Positions 19,999-30,195 of a DNA stretch of 64,000 nucleotides are shown here, piece after piece. Within the stretch, counting starts at the first letter, position 1; every line of letters starts with the position of its first letter. The notes beneath the pieces were generated by a model, which was not told where the DNA came from, ran no database searches, and saw nothing but the letters and a program-made list of their open reading frames with translations. Both the position numbers and the translations under genes were made by a program. Source of the DNA: Promethearchaeota archaeon (lineage in GTDB: Archaea > Asgardarchaeota > Lokiarchaeia > Sigyniarchaeales > SOKP01); NCBI GenBank assembly GCA_019058365.1, contig JAHPZE010000012.1, positions 43,017 to 107,016 of the forward strand, in the 5' to 3' direction.

Positions 19999-20799
19999 AT
20001 GGATAAAGATAATAAAAAAGTGGCATTAGTAACTGGCAGTACTCATGGAATAGGAGAAAGCATTATTTTAGAGCTTGCCAAAATTGGATTTTCAATAGTC
20101 ATAAATGGGGCTTCAACTAAAGAGTTGCCAAATGATTATAAAAATAAACTAAAAGAGATCTTTAAAGGAGAGCTTGAAGATAAATATATTTATATTCAAG
20201 CTAATGTAGGGAAAACAGAAGATCGAAAGAAGTTAGTTGATGGAATTAAGAAAAAATTCAATCGTATAGATGTGTTAGTGAATAATGCAGGAGTTGGACC
20301 TATTCAAAGAGGGGAAATGTTAGAAATGACAGAAGAATCCTATGATAGAGTAATGGGAATCAATCTTAAGGGTCCATTTTTCTTAACTCAAACTATAGCC
20401 AAATGGATGATTGAACTTAATGAGACTCTCAAGGATGAATATCAGCCATATATAATAAATATATCTTCTATAAGCAGATACACAGTTTCACTCAATAGGG
20501 GGGAATACTGTATTTCTAAAGCAGGAATGACAATGATGACTAAACTCTTTGCAGTAAGATTAGCTGAAGAAGGTATTCCGGTATTTGAGATATCACCTGG
20601 TATAATAGATACTCCTTTAACAAAACCTAGGTATGAAATGTATGATAAATTAATTAATGAAGGAGTTGCTCCAATTAAAAGATGGGGAACACCAATTGAT
20701 ATTGCAAAACCAGTAGTTGCTATCGTAAGTTGTTTAATACCATTCTCTACAGGTACAGTTCTGGATATAGATGGAGGATTTCATCTTCACCGATTATGA
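19999..20799 (+). CDS. Short-chain dehydrogenase (sugar-associated '3-ketoacyl-ACP reductase' subfamily)
   Basis: TGSTHGIG, NNAGVG, NLKGPFFLTQ, NRGEYCISKAG, STG..IDGGFH. Confidence 0.9.
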   Translation: MDKDNKKVALVTGSTHGIGESIILELAKIGFSIVINGASTKELPNDYKNKLKEIFKGELEDKYIYIQANVGKTEDRKKLVDGIKKKFNRIDVLVNNAGVGPIQRGEMLEMTEESYDRVMGINLKGPFFLTQTIAKWMIELNETLKDEYQPYIINISSISRYTVSLNRGEYCISKAGMTMMTKLFAVRLAEEGIPVFEISPGIIDTPLTKPRYEMYDKLINEGVAPIKRWGTPIDIAKPVVAIVSCLIPFSTGTVLDIDGGFHLHRL

Positions 20800-20813
20800 T
20801 TTTTTATTAAGAG

Positions 20814-21308
20814 TTAAAAATATTTTTTAAAATTTCTTACAGGGCAATTCTCTTTATTACTACATTTTGGGCATAGAATTGGCCATGCTATTGTTGCATA
20901 TATGAGGAAGCAAAAGGGAGGGATTAATGTAATCAAAAATAAAGATGACCATAATGAAATAATTATCACGATAAAGCTAAAAATAAAATTACCCATTCCT
21001 ATTAAGGTATAAAATATTAAAGTAATTCTCATCATTTTTCGGCTTATTTTTTCTTTTTTAATCAACTTTTTTGAGAGCAAAGCACCAAATAGTAATTGAC
21101 TAGTTCCAGGACAGAAACGACCTTGATGAGGACAATCATGACAAATAATTGCTATTAATAAATTCATTAAAATATAAAAAAAAATGAAAATCATTAAATA
21201 GATGATTGAAATAATACCAAGTAAAATTATAATCCCAAAAAAAGATATTATATAAAAAAGATCAATAATAACAGTATCTTTTAGTTTCCAATTATAGATA
21301 TTATTCAT
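20814..21308 (-). CDS. 4-TM Cys-rich membrane protein (two CxxC..CP motifs)
   Basis: TM hairpin, CHDCPHQGRFCP, TM hairpin, CPKCSNKENCP. Confidence 0.75.
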   Translation of the reverse strand: MNNIYNWKLKDTVIIDLFYIISFFGIIILLGIISIIYLMIFIFFYILMNLLIAIICHDCPHQGRFCPGTSQLLFGALLSKKLIKKEKISRKMMRITLIFYTLIGMGNFIFSFIVIIISLWSSLFLITLIPPFCFLIYATIAWPILCPKCSNKENCPVRNFKKYF

Positions 21309-21367
21309 TTTAACAACAAATAATAATCAGTTTTTTGTATAATATATAACTAACATTATAATAAAAT

Positions 21368-23389
21368 ATGAATGATTTTAATATCAAAGATCCTGAAGTT
21401 AAAGAATTTAATGCGATAATAATCGGATCCGGTGCTGCTGGATTAAATTGTGCTATTCATTTAACGCAAGAAGGTATAGATACTTCAAAAATCGCAATAA
21501 TCACCGAAAAATTAGGTGGTGGAACTTCATTTAATGCTGGTTCCGATAAACAGACATATTATAAAATGTCAATTTATGGAGATCAAGGTGATTCTCCTTA
21601 TGAATTGGCTAAGGATCTTTATGCTGGAGGTGCCATGCATGGTGATATTGCCTTAATTGAAGCGACCAATTCAATTAGAGAATTTTTTCATCTAGTTCAA
21701 TTGGGGGTTCCTTTTCCATATGATGAATATGGAGGATTTGTAGGATACAAAACTGATAATGATCCTAAACAGAGAGCAACATCAATTGGTCCTTTTACTT
21801 CTCAAAAAATGGGGGAATGCCTATTAAACGCAGTTAAAGAGAAAAACATAAAAATTTTTGACAAACATTATGCCATAAAAATACTCGTTGATGATACTGC
21901 TGAAAAACCAGAAGCAATTGGATTAATCTGTATTGATTTAAATGAACTTTTAAATAATAAGAATATCGATACTTTACTCAGTTCTTTAAGAATTTTTAAA
22001 ACAAGAAATATAATTATCGCGACTGGAGGTCCAGCAATATTATATAAAAATTCAGTTTATCCAGAATCTCAGAAAGGAACGACGAGTTTAGCTATTGAGG
22101 CAGGTTGTAAATTACAAAATTTAACAGAATCTCAATTTGGATTGGCATCGACTAAATTTCGTTGGAATGTTTCTGGTTCATATCAACAAGTGATACCGCG
22201 GTATTTTTCTATTGATAATAATAATATCGAAAGAGAATTCCTCCTTGATGTTTTTCCTTCTTTTAGGGAACTATCAAAAGTAATCTTTTTAAAGGGCTAT
22301 CAATGGCCTTTTAATGCTACATTGATCGAAGGATCCAGTTCTTCTCTAATTGATTTAGCTGTGTTCCATGAGACAGAAATACTCAATAGACGAGTCTTCT
22401 TAGATTATACAAAAAATCCCAGCAATTTCAGTTTAGATGAGCTCCACCCCATAGCAAAAGAATATTTATACAAATCAAATTCTTTAGGAGATACACCAAT
22501 TGATCGCCTAAGAACATTGAATGAGCAAGCAATTAATGTATACCATAAGCATGGTATCGATATCGCATTGGAACCTCTAGAAATAGCAGTATGTAATCAG
22601 CATCTTAACGGTGGAATATCATGTGATTTATGGTGGGAGTCAACAACGGTTAAACATCTCTTTGCTATAGGTGAGATTAATGGCAGTCATGGTATTTATA
22701 GACCTGGTGGAGCAGCGTTAAATGCAGGACAAGTAGGAGGATTAAGAGTCTCACAAAAAATTGCTCATTCAAATTATAAAAATCTAATCGAAAATCATAA
22801 GGTGTTCCAAAATAATCTCAAAAATGAATTAAGCAATATAAAAAATAAATTGTCAACAATGTTACAAAATTCAGTCTCTTCAAATAAGAGTTGTCTAACA
22901 ACAATAGGTCTTTTAAATCAAATACAAAATAGAATGTCCAAATTTGCTTCAATCATTCGTCCCTTGAATGGTCTTGAATCTGAATTTGATATTGTTAAAA
23001 ATCAATTAAAATCCATTACGAATTTAATAGCATTAGAAAATGACACAGAAATTGTTGACTATTTCCGAGTAAAAGATGCTCTCCTTACTCAATTGTTCTT
23101 TTTAAAAGCTATTTTAGACTATCATCTTTCATACGGAAGAAGTAGAGGTTCTTACTTAATTTTACGAGATAACCTGAATGATTCATTTTCAGAAATGTAC
23201 ATATTACCACCAGGCAAGCTCAAAGCATATAAATTTATTCATAATAATTTAGATTTAACAAAAAAAATTCAAACACTCCAATGGAAAAATGAAGAAATAA
23301 TTATCGAATGGGAGGAAACAAGAGAAATTCCGTCTGAATTTGGGTGGTTTGAAAATGTATGGAAAAAATTTGTAAAACAAAACTTATAA
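21368..23389 (+). CDS. FAD-binding protein of the SdhA/FrdA/NadB flavoprotein superfamily
   Basis: IIGSGAAG, GTSFNAGSDKQTYYK, ATGG, HLNGGI, LFAIGE, RPGGAALNAGQVG, SRGSY. Confidence 0.85.
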   Translation: MNDFNIKDPEVKEFNAIIIGSGAAGLNCAIHLTQEGIDTSKIAIITEKLGGGTSFNAGSDKQTYYKMSIYGDQGDSPYELAKDLYAGGAMHGDIALIEATNSIREFFHLVQLGVPFPYDEYGGFVGYKTDNDPKQRATSIGPFTSQKMGECLLNAVKEKNIKIFDKHYAIKILVDDTAEKPEAIGLICIDLNELLNNKNIDTLLSSLRIFKTRNIIIATGGPAILYKNSVYPESQKGTTSLAIEAGCKLQNLTESQFGLASTKFRWNVSGSYQQVIPRYFSIDNNNIEREFLLDVFPSFRELSKVIFLKGYQWPFNATLIEGSSSSLIDLAVFHETEILNRRVFLDYTKNPSNFSLDELHPIAKEYLYKSNSLGDTPIDRLRTLNEQAINVYHKHGIDIALEPLEIAVCNQHLNGGISCDLWWESTTVKHLFAIGEINGSHGIYRPGGAALNAGQVGGLRVSQKIAHSNYKNLIENHKVFQNNLKNELSNIKNKLSTMLQNSVSSNKSCLTTIGLLNQIQNRMSKFASIIRPLNGLESEFDIVKNQLKSITNLIALENDTEIVDYFRVKDALLTQLFFLKAILDYHLSYGRSRGSYLILRDNLNDSFSEMYILPPGKLKAYKFIHNNLDLTKKIQTLQWKNEEIIIEWEETREIPSEFGWFENVWKKFVKQNL

Positions 23390-23560
23390 TTAAATTTATT
23401 TCTATATTTTCTTTTCTTTTTTGGATAGATTAGGTATTCTTTAATAAATCGGAGTTATTAATTCTAGTCATCTTTTTGAAAAATAAGAAGATCATTTAAT
23501 TAACCATAATAATTCCATGCATATAATATAAATATTGATAATATGATGGATTTGTAGATT

Positions 23561-24403
23561 ATGAGTATGGATGGAAAAATATGTATGGTAACTGGTGCTA
23601 ATTCTGGTATGGGTAAAGCAACAGCTATTGGTTTAGCAAAAATGAATGCTACTGTAGTAATGGTTTGTCGTAATAAAGAACTTGGAGAAAATACCCGAGA
23701 AGAAATAATCAATCAAACAGGAAATAAAAATATAAATTTATTACTCTGTGATTTATCGTCTCAAGAGCGGATTCGAAAACTTGTTAATGAATTTAAGCAA
23801 AAATATCAGAATTTACATGTATTAATAAATAACGCTGGGGTTATGCTGAAAAAGCGAGAAATATCTGTTGATGGAATTGAAATGAATTTTGCAGTGCACG
23901 TTCTCGCACCGTTTTTATTAACTAATTTATTGCTCGACCTTTTAAAAAAGAGTGCTCCAAGTCGCATTATTAATGTTGCTTCAGCAGCACATAAACGTGC
24001 AAAAATTGATTTTGATGATCTTCAAAGTGAAAACAAGAAATATCGCTTATTTTCTGTATATGGAGTTTCAAAGTTAGCAGAAATATTATTTACTTATGAA
24101 TTAAGTAGGAAATTAGAGGGAAGTGGAGTAACCGCAAATGCTGTTCATCCTGGGGTTGTGAATACTAATCTTGGTAGGAATCAGTCTAAATTTAGTCAAG
24201 GATTTTCAAGAGCTTTTTTTAAAAGCCCTGAGAAGGGAGCAGAAACTTCGATTTACTTAGCATCTTCCCCAGAAGTGGAAGGAATAACGGGGAAATATTT
24301 TATAAATAAAGAACAAAGGCAATCATCCGAAGAATCCTATAATGAAGAACATGCTATGCGACTATGGAAGATACTCGCAGAAATGACAGGTTTGAATATT
24401 TAA
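23561..24403 (+). CDS. Retinol-dehydrogenase/WWOX-like SDR
   Basis: TGANSGMG, NNAG, YGVSK, NAVHPGVVNT, GAETSIYLA. Confidence 0.9.
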   Translation: MSMDGKICMVTGANSGMGKATAIGLAKMNATVVMVCRNKELGENTREEIINQTGNKNINLLLCDLSSQERIRKLVNEFKQKYQNLHVLINNAGVMLKKREISVDGIEMNFAVHVLAPFLLTNLLLDLLKKSAPSRIINVASAAHKRAKIDFDDLQSENKKYRLFSVYGVSKLAEILFTYELSRKLEGSGVTANAVHPGVVNTNLGRNQSKFSQGFSRAFFKSPEKGAETSIYLASSPEVEGITGKYFINKEQRQSSEESYNEEHAMRLWKILAEMTGLNI

Positions 24404-24480
24404 TAACTTTCTTTATTAGTAATTTTTCTTTTTTTAAATTAAAATCTAACTATTATTTGAACTATAAGATCTGATTTGTT

Positions 24481-25071
24481 ATGTTTCATAAGATACACGA
24501 ATCTATAAAGAACCAAATGGAATATTTAGAAGACTTAGACACAAAGGATAGGATCAATGGAACGCCAAGAATGAAAAGACTCCGTCAAATTCCCCCTGAG
24601 ACGGGGAGATTTATATCAATTCTTGCTGCTAGTGCACCAAAAGGGGAATTTTTGGAAATAGGGACTAGTGCAGGGTATTCTGCCCTTTGGATAGGTTTAG
24701 CATGTCAACTCAATGGAAATAAACTATATACCTTTGAAATTTTAAAAGATAAAGCAGAATTAGCAAGGGAAACATTTGCGGCAACTAGTTTAAAGGAGGT
24801 AATCGAATTAATTGAAGGTGATGCTCGAGATTATATTCCAAATTATAAGAATATATCTTTTTGCTTTTTAGATGCTGAAAAAGAAGTTTATGAAGATTGC
24901 TATGGTCTAGTGATTCCAAATATGGTTAAAGGAGGTATTCTTGTTGCTGATAACGCAATTAATCACTATGAAACGTTAAAACCAATGTTGGATAAAGCAC
25001 TTGCTGATGAACGAGTAGATGCTTTGATCGTGCCAATTGGAAAAGGGGAATTAGTGTGTAGGAAGATTTAA
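24481..25071 (+). CDS. O-methyltransferase (COMT/CCoAOMT-like)
   Basis: [27 protein letters not shown]. Confidence 0.9.
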   Translation: MFHKIHESIKNQMEYLEDLDTKDRINGTPRMKRLRQIPPETGRFISILAASAPKGEFLEIGTSAGYSALWIGLACQLNGNKLYTFEILKDKAELARETFAATSLKEVIELIEGDARDYIPNYKNISFCFLDAEKEVYEDCYGLVIPNMVKGGILVADNAINHYETLKPMLDKALADERVDALIVPIGKGELVCRKI

Positions 25072-25126
25072 AGTTCTATTGCAGATTCTTTATTGCATCT
25101 ACTAAATTTAAGACATATCTTTGTTC

Positions 25127-26050
25127 CTAAGGAAGATTCCATATTTTTATAGTTTGATCAGTTGATCCACTGGCAATATATTTCCTATCAGGTGAAGCTG
25201 CAACTGTAAAAACTGCGCCCTTATGCCCGGTTAAAGTGTGGATTAATTGAAGTGAAGGTATTTCCCATATCTTTATTGTTTTATCCCCTGAGCCACTGAT
25301 TAAATATTTTCCATCAGGAGTTAACGCAAGAGAATACACTGAACTCTTATGACCCTCAAGTGTAGCTATCTTATCACCAGTAGAAAATTCCCAAACATGT
25401 ATAAGTTTATTAAATGAACCACTAATGACATATTTCATGTCAGGGGTTATCACAAGTGAATGAATATCACCCAATTTTTTAGTCTTTAATTCTCTAATGT
25501 TATTTCTTGCTTCTATATCCCAAATATTAATAGCTTTTTTTGCTTTCACATATGCGATATAATTATTATCTGATGAGATGGCTAATGTCCTACTTACCCC
25601 ACCAGTTTTAAATTTATCAATAACTTCCCCTGTTACCAAATCCCATATGCGTATTCCACCATATGTGCTAGCTATTCCAATAATAAATTTACCATCAGTA
25701 GAAACATCGACTTTTGAAACAGCTCCTTTTGTTTTAGCTTCCCACACTAAGTTTCCAGATGAAAAATCCCACATTTTTATTCTAACATTCTCAATTCCGG
25801 TGATAATATATTGCCCATCAGGAGAAACTGCTACATCATTTACCCAACTAAAAGTGCCTGTAGTTGCTTTAATTTTTCTAATTTGACTACCAGATTCAAT
25901 ATCCCATATTTCAAAATAGTTTTTTGAAGCACAAACAATATAATTCCCATCGGGGGTAAATTTTAATGAACTTATTGTTCCTTGGGTACCCATATCCTCT
26001 TTTTTCCTAATTGTTGTATGACTATAACTAGTTTCCATTTTTAAAACCAC
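25127..26050 (-). CDS. WD40-repeat beta-propeller protein
   Basis: About 7 repeats ending WD/WE/WN; GH...SGSxDxTIKIW. Confidence 0.95.
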   Translation of the reverse strand: MVLKMETSYSHTTIRKKEDMGTQGTISSLKFTPDGNYIVCASKNYFEIWDIESGSQIRKIKATTGTFSWVNDVAVSPDGQYIITGIENVRIKMWDFSSGNLVWEAKTKGAVSKVDVSTDGKFIIGIASTYGGIRIWDLVTGEVIDKFKTGGVSRTLAISSDNNYIAYVKAKKAINIWDIEARNNIRELKTKKLGDIHSLVITPDMKYVISGSFNKLIHVWEFSTGDKIATLEGHKSSVYSLALTPDGKYLISGSGDKTIKIWEIPSLQLIHTLTGHKGAVFTVAASPDRKYIASGSTDQTIKIWNLP

Positions 26051-26266
26051 TTTTAAATTTGGATTAATAATAATTATATGACTTAATATTATTTATACCT
26101 TCAATATCCAATTTAAAAACTTCTTAATAAAGCAAAAATTCTAAAATTAAATACTACTTTTGAAATATATTCATAAGGATATCAAGGATTTTTACTACTT
26201 CTTACCCTATTTTGCGTTTAATCAACCTTTCAACGCATAAAATCCACGTTTTAAGAATCATAAAGT

Positions 26267-26291
26267 ACTTTGCGATACAAAGCTTTAAATA
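26267..26291 (+). promoter_or_regulatory. Palindromic operator abutting the TATA box of the ABC operon
   Basis: ACTTTG-CGATA-CAAAG (26267-26282), then TTTAAATA (26284-26291). Confidence 0.6.
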
Positions 26292-26393
26292 TTCTCTTTC
26301 ATATAATTTTAGTAGGACTTAAGAAAGTCTGTAAGGACTGAATTTAAGAAAATTTAAAATATATGGATTAGTTCAATTTAGGTTAGGTTAAAT

Positions 26394-26627
26394 ATGAAGA
26401 AAGAATCTATGTTTATAATTGGATCAAGTTCTTTAACAATATCCCTTATATTGGGTATGTTTCTACCAGATTTACCATTAATCGGCTTTTTTGAAGGGAT
26501 GTTTATGGGAATTTCTTTAGCTATGAATATTTGTTTTCTAATTAGATATCGACTCGAAAAGAATGGCTTTAATGAAGAAAATAGCAGAAAAAGTGAATCA
26601 CGAGGTGACCAATTTGGAGAAAGATAA
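26394..26627 (+). CDS. Small 2-TM membrane protein
   Basis: Two hydrophobic helices; first gene of the operon. Confidence 0.65.
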   Translation: MKKESMFIIGSSSLTISLILGMFLPDLPLIGFFEGMFMGISLAMNICFLIRYRLEKNGFNEENSRKSESRGDQFGER

Positions 26628-26820
26628 TCCATGTGGGATATGTATAGTTGGAATAATATTTGCTCTCTTAGAAATTTTCATAGTTATCGGAGAAAGTCTT
26701 GGATGGATTAGTTATAGCATGAATTTTGAATCGTTCCTATTTATAATTTTTCTTATATTCATCGTATCTTACGAAAATAAAAATCAAAATAAAAAAATTG
26801 AGGTAGAAAAATATGAGTAA
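26614..26820 (+). CDS. Small 2-TM membrane protein (likely TTG start at 26614)
   Basis: GAGGTGA SD at 26602-26608 precedes an in-frame TTG; CGIC motif and 2 TM; stop overlaps the ABC ATPase start. Confidence 0.6.
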   Translation: MEKDNPCGICIVGIIFALLEIFIVIGESLGWISYSMNFESFLFIIFLIFIVSYENKNQNKKIEVEKYE

Positions 26821-27646
26821 AATACACGCAATTAAAACCCAAAATCTTACCAAAAGTTTTGGAAATCTTCATGCTGTTAAAAAAGTAAATCTCAATATTC
26901 CTTATGGAAAAACTTACGGATTATTAGGACCAAATGGTGCTGGAAAAACTACAACTGTAAGGATGCTCAATGCTATTATATCGAAAACCTCAGGAAATGC
27001 TTTTGTTGGAGGGTACGATATCGTAACCGAAAGTCAGAAAGTTAAAATGATATGCGGCTTTTTACCAGAATCCCCTGGATTATATTCTAAACTTACTGCC
27101 AAAGAATTCTTAGAATTTATTGGAGAATTATATTTTTTACCAAAGGATGTAATTTCCAATCGAATCAATGAATTAATAGAGTTATTTAATTTGGAAGGGC
27201 GAGAAAATGATCTTTTGGAAGGTTATTCAAGAGGAATGAAGCAGAAAGTCTGTCTATGTGCGGCTTTGATTCAAGATCCTGAAATATTATTTTTAGATGA
27301 GCCTACATCGAACTTAGATCCTGCTGCTGCTAGAATGGTAAAAGATTTAATTTCTCAACTAGCTAAGAAAGCAGATAAGACAATTTTTATTTGTACCCAT
27401 CTTCTTGATACAGCTGAAGAATTATGCGATATAATTGGCATTATTATTGATGGACAACTAAAAATTGAAGGAACGCCAAAAGAAATAATTGAATCTGTTG
27501 GTGCTAAAGATTTAGAAGAAGCATATTTGAAAATTACTGGAGCCTCTCATATGGATGATTTACTTAGCTGGCGAGAGGAGAATCCTAATAATAATGAATT
27601 TGGCAAGAATAAAAAAAATAAGAAGAAAGGTAATAAATCGAGGTAG
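26813..27646 (+). CDS. ABC-2 type exporter ATP-binding protein
   Basis: GPNGAGKTT, YSRGMKQK, LFLDEPT, CTH. Confidence 0.95.
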   Translation: MSKIHAIKTQNLTKSFGNLHAVKKVNLNIPYGKTYGLLGPNGAGKTTTVRMLNAIISKTSGNAFVGGYDIVTESQKVKMICGFLPESPGLYSKLTAKEFLEFIGELYFLPKDVISNRINELIELFNLEGRENDLLEGYSRGMKQKVCLCAALIQDPEILFLDEPTSNLDPAAARMVKDLISQLAKKADKTIFICTHLLDTAEELCDIIGIIIDGQLKIEGTPKEIIESVGAKDLEEAYLKITGASHMDDLLSWREENPNNNEFGKNKKNKKKGNKSR

Positions 27647-27653
27647 AATATAG

Positions 27654-29333
27654 ATGACGGTTTTAACAACTGAAGAAGTAATTGATTCAACTGTAACTGA
27701 TATTAAGAGAAAGGAATCCCTCGCTCTAATACAAGAAAAAAGAAGTTTATGGAAAATAGTAGCGAAGAATGAGATAAGAATTAGGACAAGTAATTTCAGA
27801 AATCATCGTATTTTATTTTTCATGGTATTATATTCGGTTCTATTGATATGGGCGTTGATAATTGCTCCCTATCTCTTCGATTTATTTATGCCAACTTTAG
27901 CAGTTCAATTTTCCGATGTATTTAAACCTGTAGTTGCAATTATCATCGAATCTATCATGATGATGCTATTTTTAGTGCTTGTAATATACCCATTGAATAA
28001 TGTGTACAAGGAAGACGAAATTGGATCTAAAGAAACATTACTGTCGACACCAGTTAAGGCAAATGATATATTTTTAGGGGAACTTCTAGGCAAATCTCCG
28101 ATATTTTCAATTTCGATCTTGATACTTGCTCCAATTATCGTTGGATTGATAAACCCCATCATCAATTTGACTGTAATCCAGTATATCATAATATATGGAA
28201 CAGTTTTCGGCTATGTTTACTTTGCTAATCTGATAGGATCAATTATCGGAAGCTGGATTGAACATAAAATTTCGAAAAATGAAAAAGCAAGGGATTTAGG
28301 AAAGGCTTTGATATGGGTATTTACCATTGTTTTAGTTGTTATAATGTATGCGATAATGTTTTTCCTTAATTTCCTGTTGGAGCACCCTGAACTAAAAAAT
28401 TGGTTGGCATTTTATCCCTCTCTATGGTTTTCAAATATTATATTATACTCTATTGATCCAGTTTTAATCAACACGTTCATACTGAATATATGGATAAGTA
28501 TTCTATTAGCCGTTGTTATTCCGACTATTACTTTATATTTTTCATATAAAAAAGCTGAATCATTTTATACTTTAGAAGGAGGTATTGAAAAGAGCCGTAT
28601 TACGATCATCGAGCATGAAAATCCATTTTATGTGCTTGTAAGTAAAATTTCCGGGCGTAAGTGGGGTGGCTTAATTGTCATACAACTAAAGAGATTTTTC
28701 AGGAAAAAAGCTAATATTGCTAGAATTGCTTATGTAGTAGGGCTTTTAGTTTTTATGAGTTGGTTTATTTCAAGAATGGTTGAAGATGCAATTATGATAG
28801 TTTTCAGCTCCACTATATTGATCGCTATAGGAGGGGGAATAGGAAGTATAATTGTAGGACATCTCGCTTTTGTTGATTCAAAAGATTTAATATGGGTCTA
28901 TAAGCGATCTCCAAGAGGAATAAAAGCAGTTGTATATTCTTATCTGCTAATGATGTTAATATTCAACATTTTCTTAGCACTATTTGTTACCACAATGCTT
29001 ACAATATTCTCGAATATTGATCTTCTCAATACGGTGATTTTCTTTGTCGAATTTCTATTATTTGCGCAGATATCAATGTGTCAAGCTATGGGTCTTCAAT
29101 GTATTTCTCCCGCTTTCGGAGAGAAAGATTCAAGCATGAGAGGAAATATGATGATCTCTATGTTACTTTTGCAACCATTAATGTTTTTGCCAATAGGATT
29201 ATTGATATTCTTTAGTCCAGGGAGTGCTGAGCTGATGAGATTAATTATACAAGCTCCTCTGTTTCTATATAATATCGGGGTGAGTCTTCCACTGTTGTAT
29301 TTTGGTATGAAAAAATTGAATCGACTTGAGTAG
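27654..29333 (+). CDS. ABC-2 type permease, two fused halves (~12 TM)
   Basis: KNEIRIR, LLSTPVKANDIFLGE in the first half; LKRFFR, KRSPRG in the second; follows the ATPase. Confidence 0.8.
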   Translation: MTVLTTEEVIDSTVTDIKRKESLALIQEKRSLWKIVAKNEIRIRTSNFRNHRILFFMVLYSVLLIWALIIAPYLFDLFMPTLAVQFSDVFKPVVAIIIESIMMMLFLVLVIYPLNNVYKEDEIGSKETLLSTPVKANDIFLGELLGKSPIFSISILILAPIIVGLINPIINLTVIQYIIIYGTVFGYVYFANLIGSIIGSWIEHKISKNEKARDLGKALIWVFTIVLVVIMYAIMFFLNFLLEHPELKNWLAFYPSLWFSNIILYSIDPVLINTFILNIWISILLAVVIPTITLYFSYKKAESFYTLEGGIEKSRITIIEHENPFYVLVSKISGRKWGGLIVIQLKRFFRKKANIARIAYVVGLLVFMSWFISRMVEDAIMIVFSSTILIAIGGGIGSIIVGHLAFVDSKDLIWVYKRSPRGIKAVVYSYLLMMLIFNIFLALFVTTMLTIFSNIDLLNTVIFFVEFLLFAQISMCQAMGLQCISPAFGEKDSSMRGNMMISMLLLQPLMFLPIGLLIFFSPGSAELMRLIIQAPLFLYNIGVSLPLLYFGMKKLNRLE

Positions 29334-29434
29334 AACTATAGCTGAGAACGATAACTGAATATATCTATAACTTTCTTTTTTTTTAGATTATCAATTATAA
29401 AATAAAAAAAATTAAATCAAAGGAGGAGAAATAA

Positions 29435-29530
29435 ATGGATAAGATATTACTTTTAAGAATCATAATAATCATTGCATTTACAGCAATTTTTGTAGTGTTT
29501 CTTATGAATTTCGTAGATAATATATCTTAA
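29435..29530 (+). CDS. 31-aa single-TM microprotein (not in the ORF track)
   Basis: AGGAGGAG SD (29421-29428), then ATG; MDKILLLRIIIIIAFTAIFVVFLMNFVDNIS*; ends 14 nt before the next gene. Confidence 0.55.
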   Translation: MDKILLLRIIIIIAFTAIFVVFLMNFVDNIS

Positions 29531-29544
29531 GATTTGATATTAAG

Positions 29545-30192
29545 GTGAAAAAAATAACAGAAAAGATTGATTTAAAGGAAATTGAGAAAAAAACATGGAG
29601 ATCGACACTCGAAGATGGAATTTTAGATATTTATTTTGGTATATTAGTTTTAGGTATTGGTATGGGTATGACCCTTAGTCATGTGTTGCCTAATCCTTTC
29701 GATATATTTATACCATTTATTTTTATTGGAATTGGGTTAGCTTTTTTTTTAACTGCAAAAAAATTTATTACTCAAACTAGATTAGGTGTTGTAAAATTTG
29801 GATTTAAACGAAAAGGGCGTAAAAGAAAGACGTTAATTGCATTATCTGTAAATTTTATAATTATGTTAATCCTATTTTTAATCCGATTTACTAACCCTGA
29901 ATTAAGCTTAGAATTTCCAGGATATTTAGATGGATTAATTTTGGGTTTACTCTTTATAACTGCTCCTGTATGTTTTGCAGCATATTTCTTAAAATATCCC
30001 CGTTTTTACTTTACCGGTTTACTGGTGGGAGTAAGTTTCTTTTTATCAGATTTATTCTCAATTTTTATACCCGAACCTTTTGATACTTTAATAGTATTTG
30101 GCCTTTTAAGTGGTATAATAATAATTATGGGGATTGTATTTTTAATCAAATTTCTCCGGAAATACCCATTATCTAAAGAGGAGATGGCTTAA
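29545..30192 (+). CDS. Multi-pass membrane protein, tandem paralog 1
   Basis: IDLKEIEKK..DGILDI..G, TRLGVVKFG, AYFLKYPRFY, FLRKYPL. Confidence 0.85.
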   Translation: MKKITEKIDLKEIEKKTWRSTLEDGILDIYFGILVLGIGMGMTLSHVLPNPFDIFIPFIFIGIGLAFFLTAKKFITQTRLGVVKFGFKRKGRKRKTLIALSVNFIIMLILFLIRFTNPELSLEFPGYLDGLILGLLFITAPVCFAAYFLKYPRFYFTGLLVGVSFFLSDLFSIFIPEPFDTLIVFGLLSGIIIIMGIVFLIKFLRKYPLSKEEMA

Positions 30193-30195
30193 AAA

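Noticed and set aside
25127-26050. WD40 protein as a novel eukaryotic signature
   Set aside because: Generic propeller of a kind common in many prokaryotes, with no informative fusion or context
26150-26200. TACTACTT half-sites matching the TrmB-region palindrome arm, upstream of the other ABC operon
   Set aside because: Only half-sites; an AT-rich match of this length could plausibly occur by chance in 64 kb
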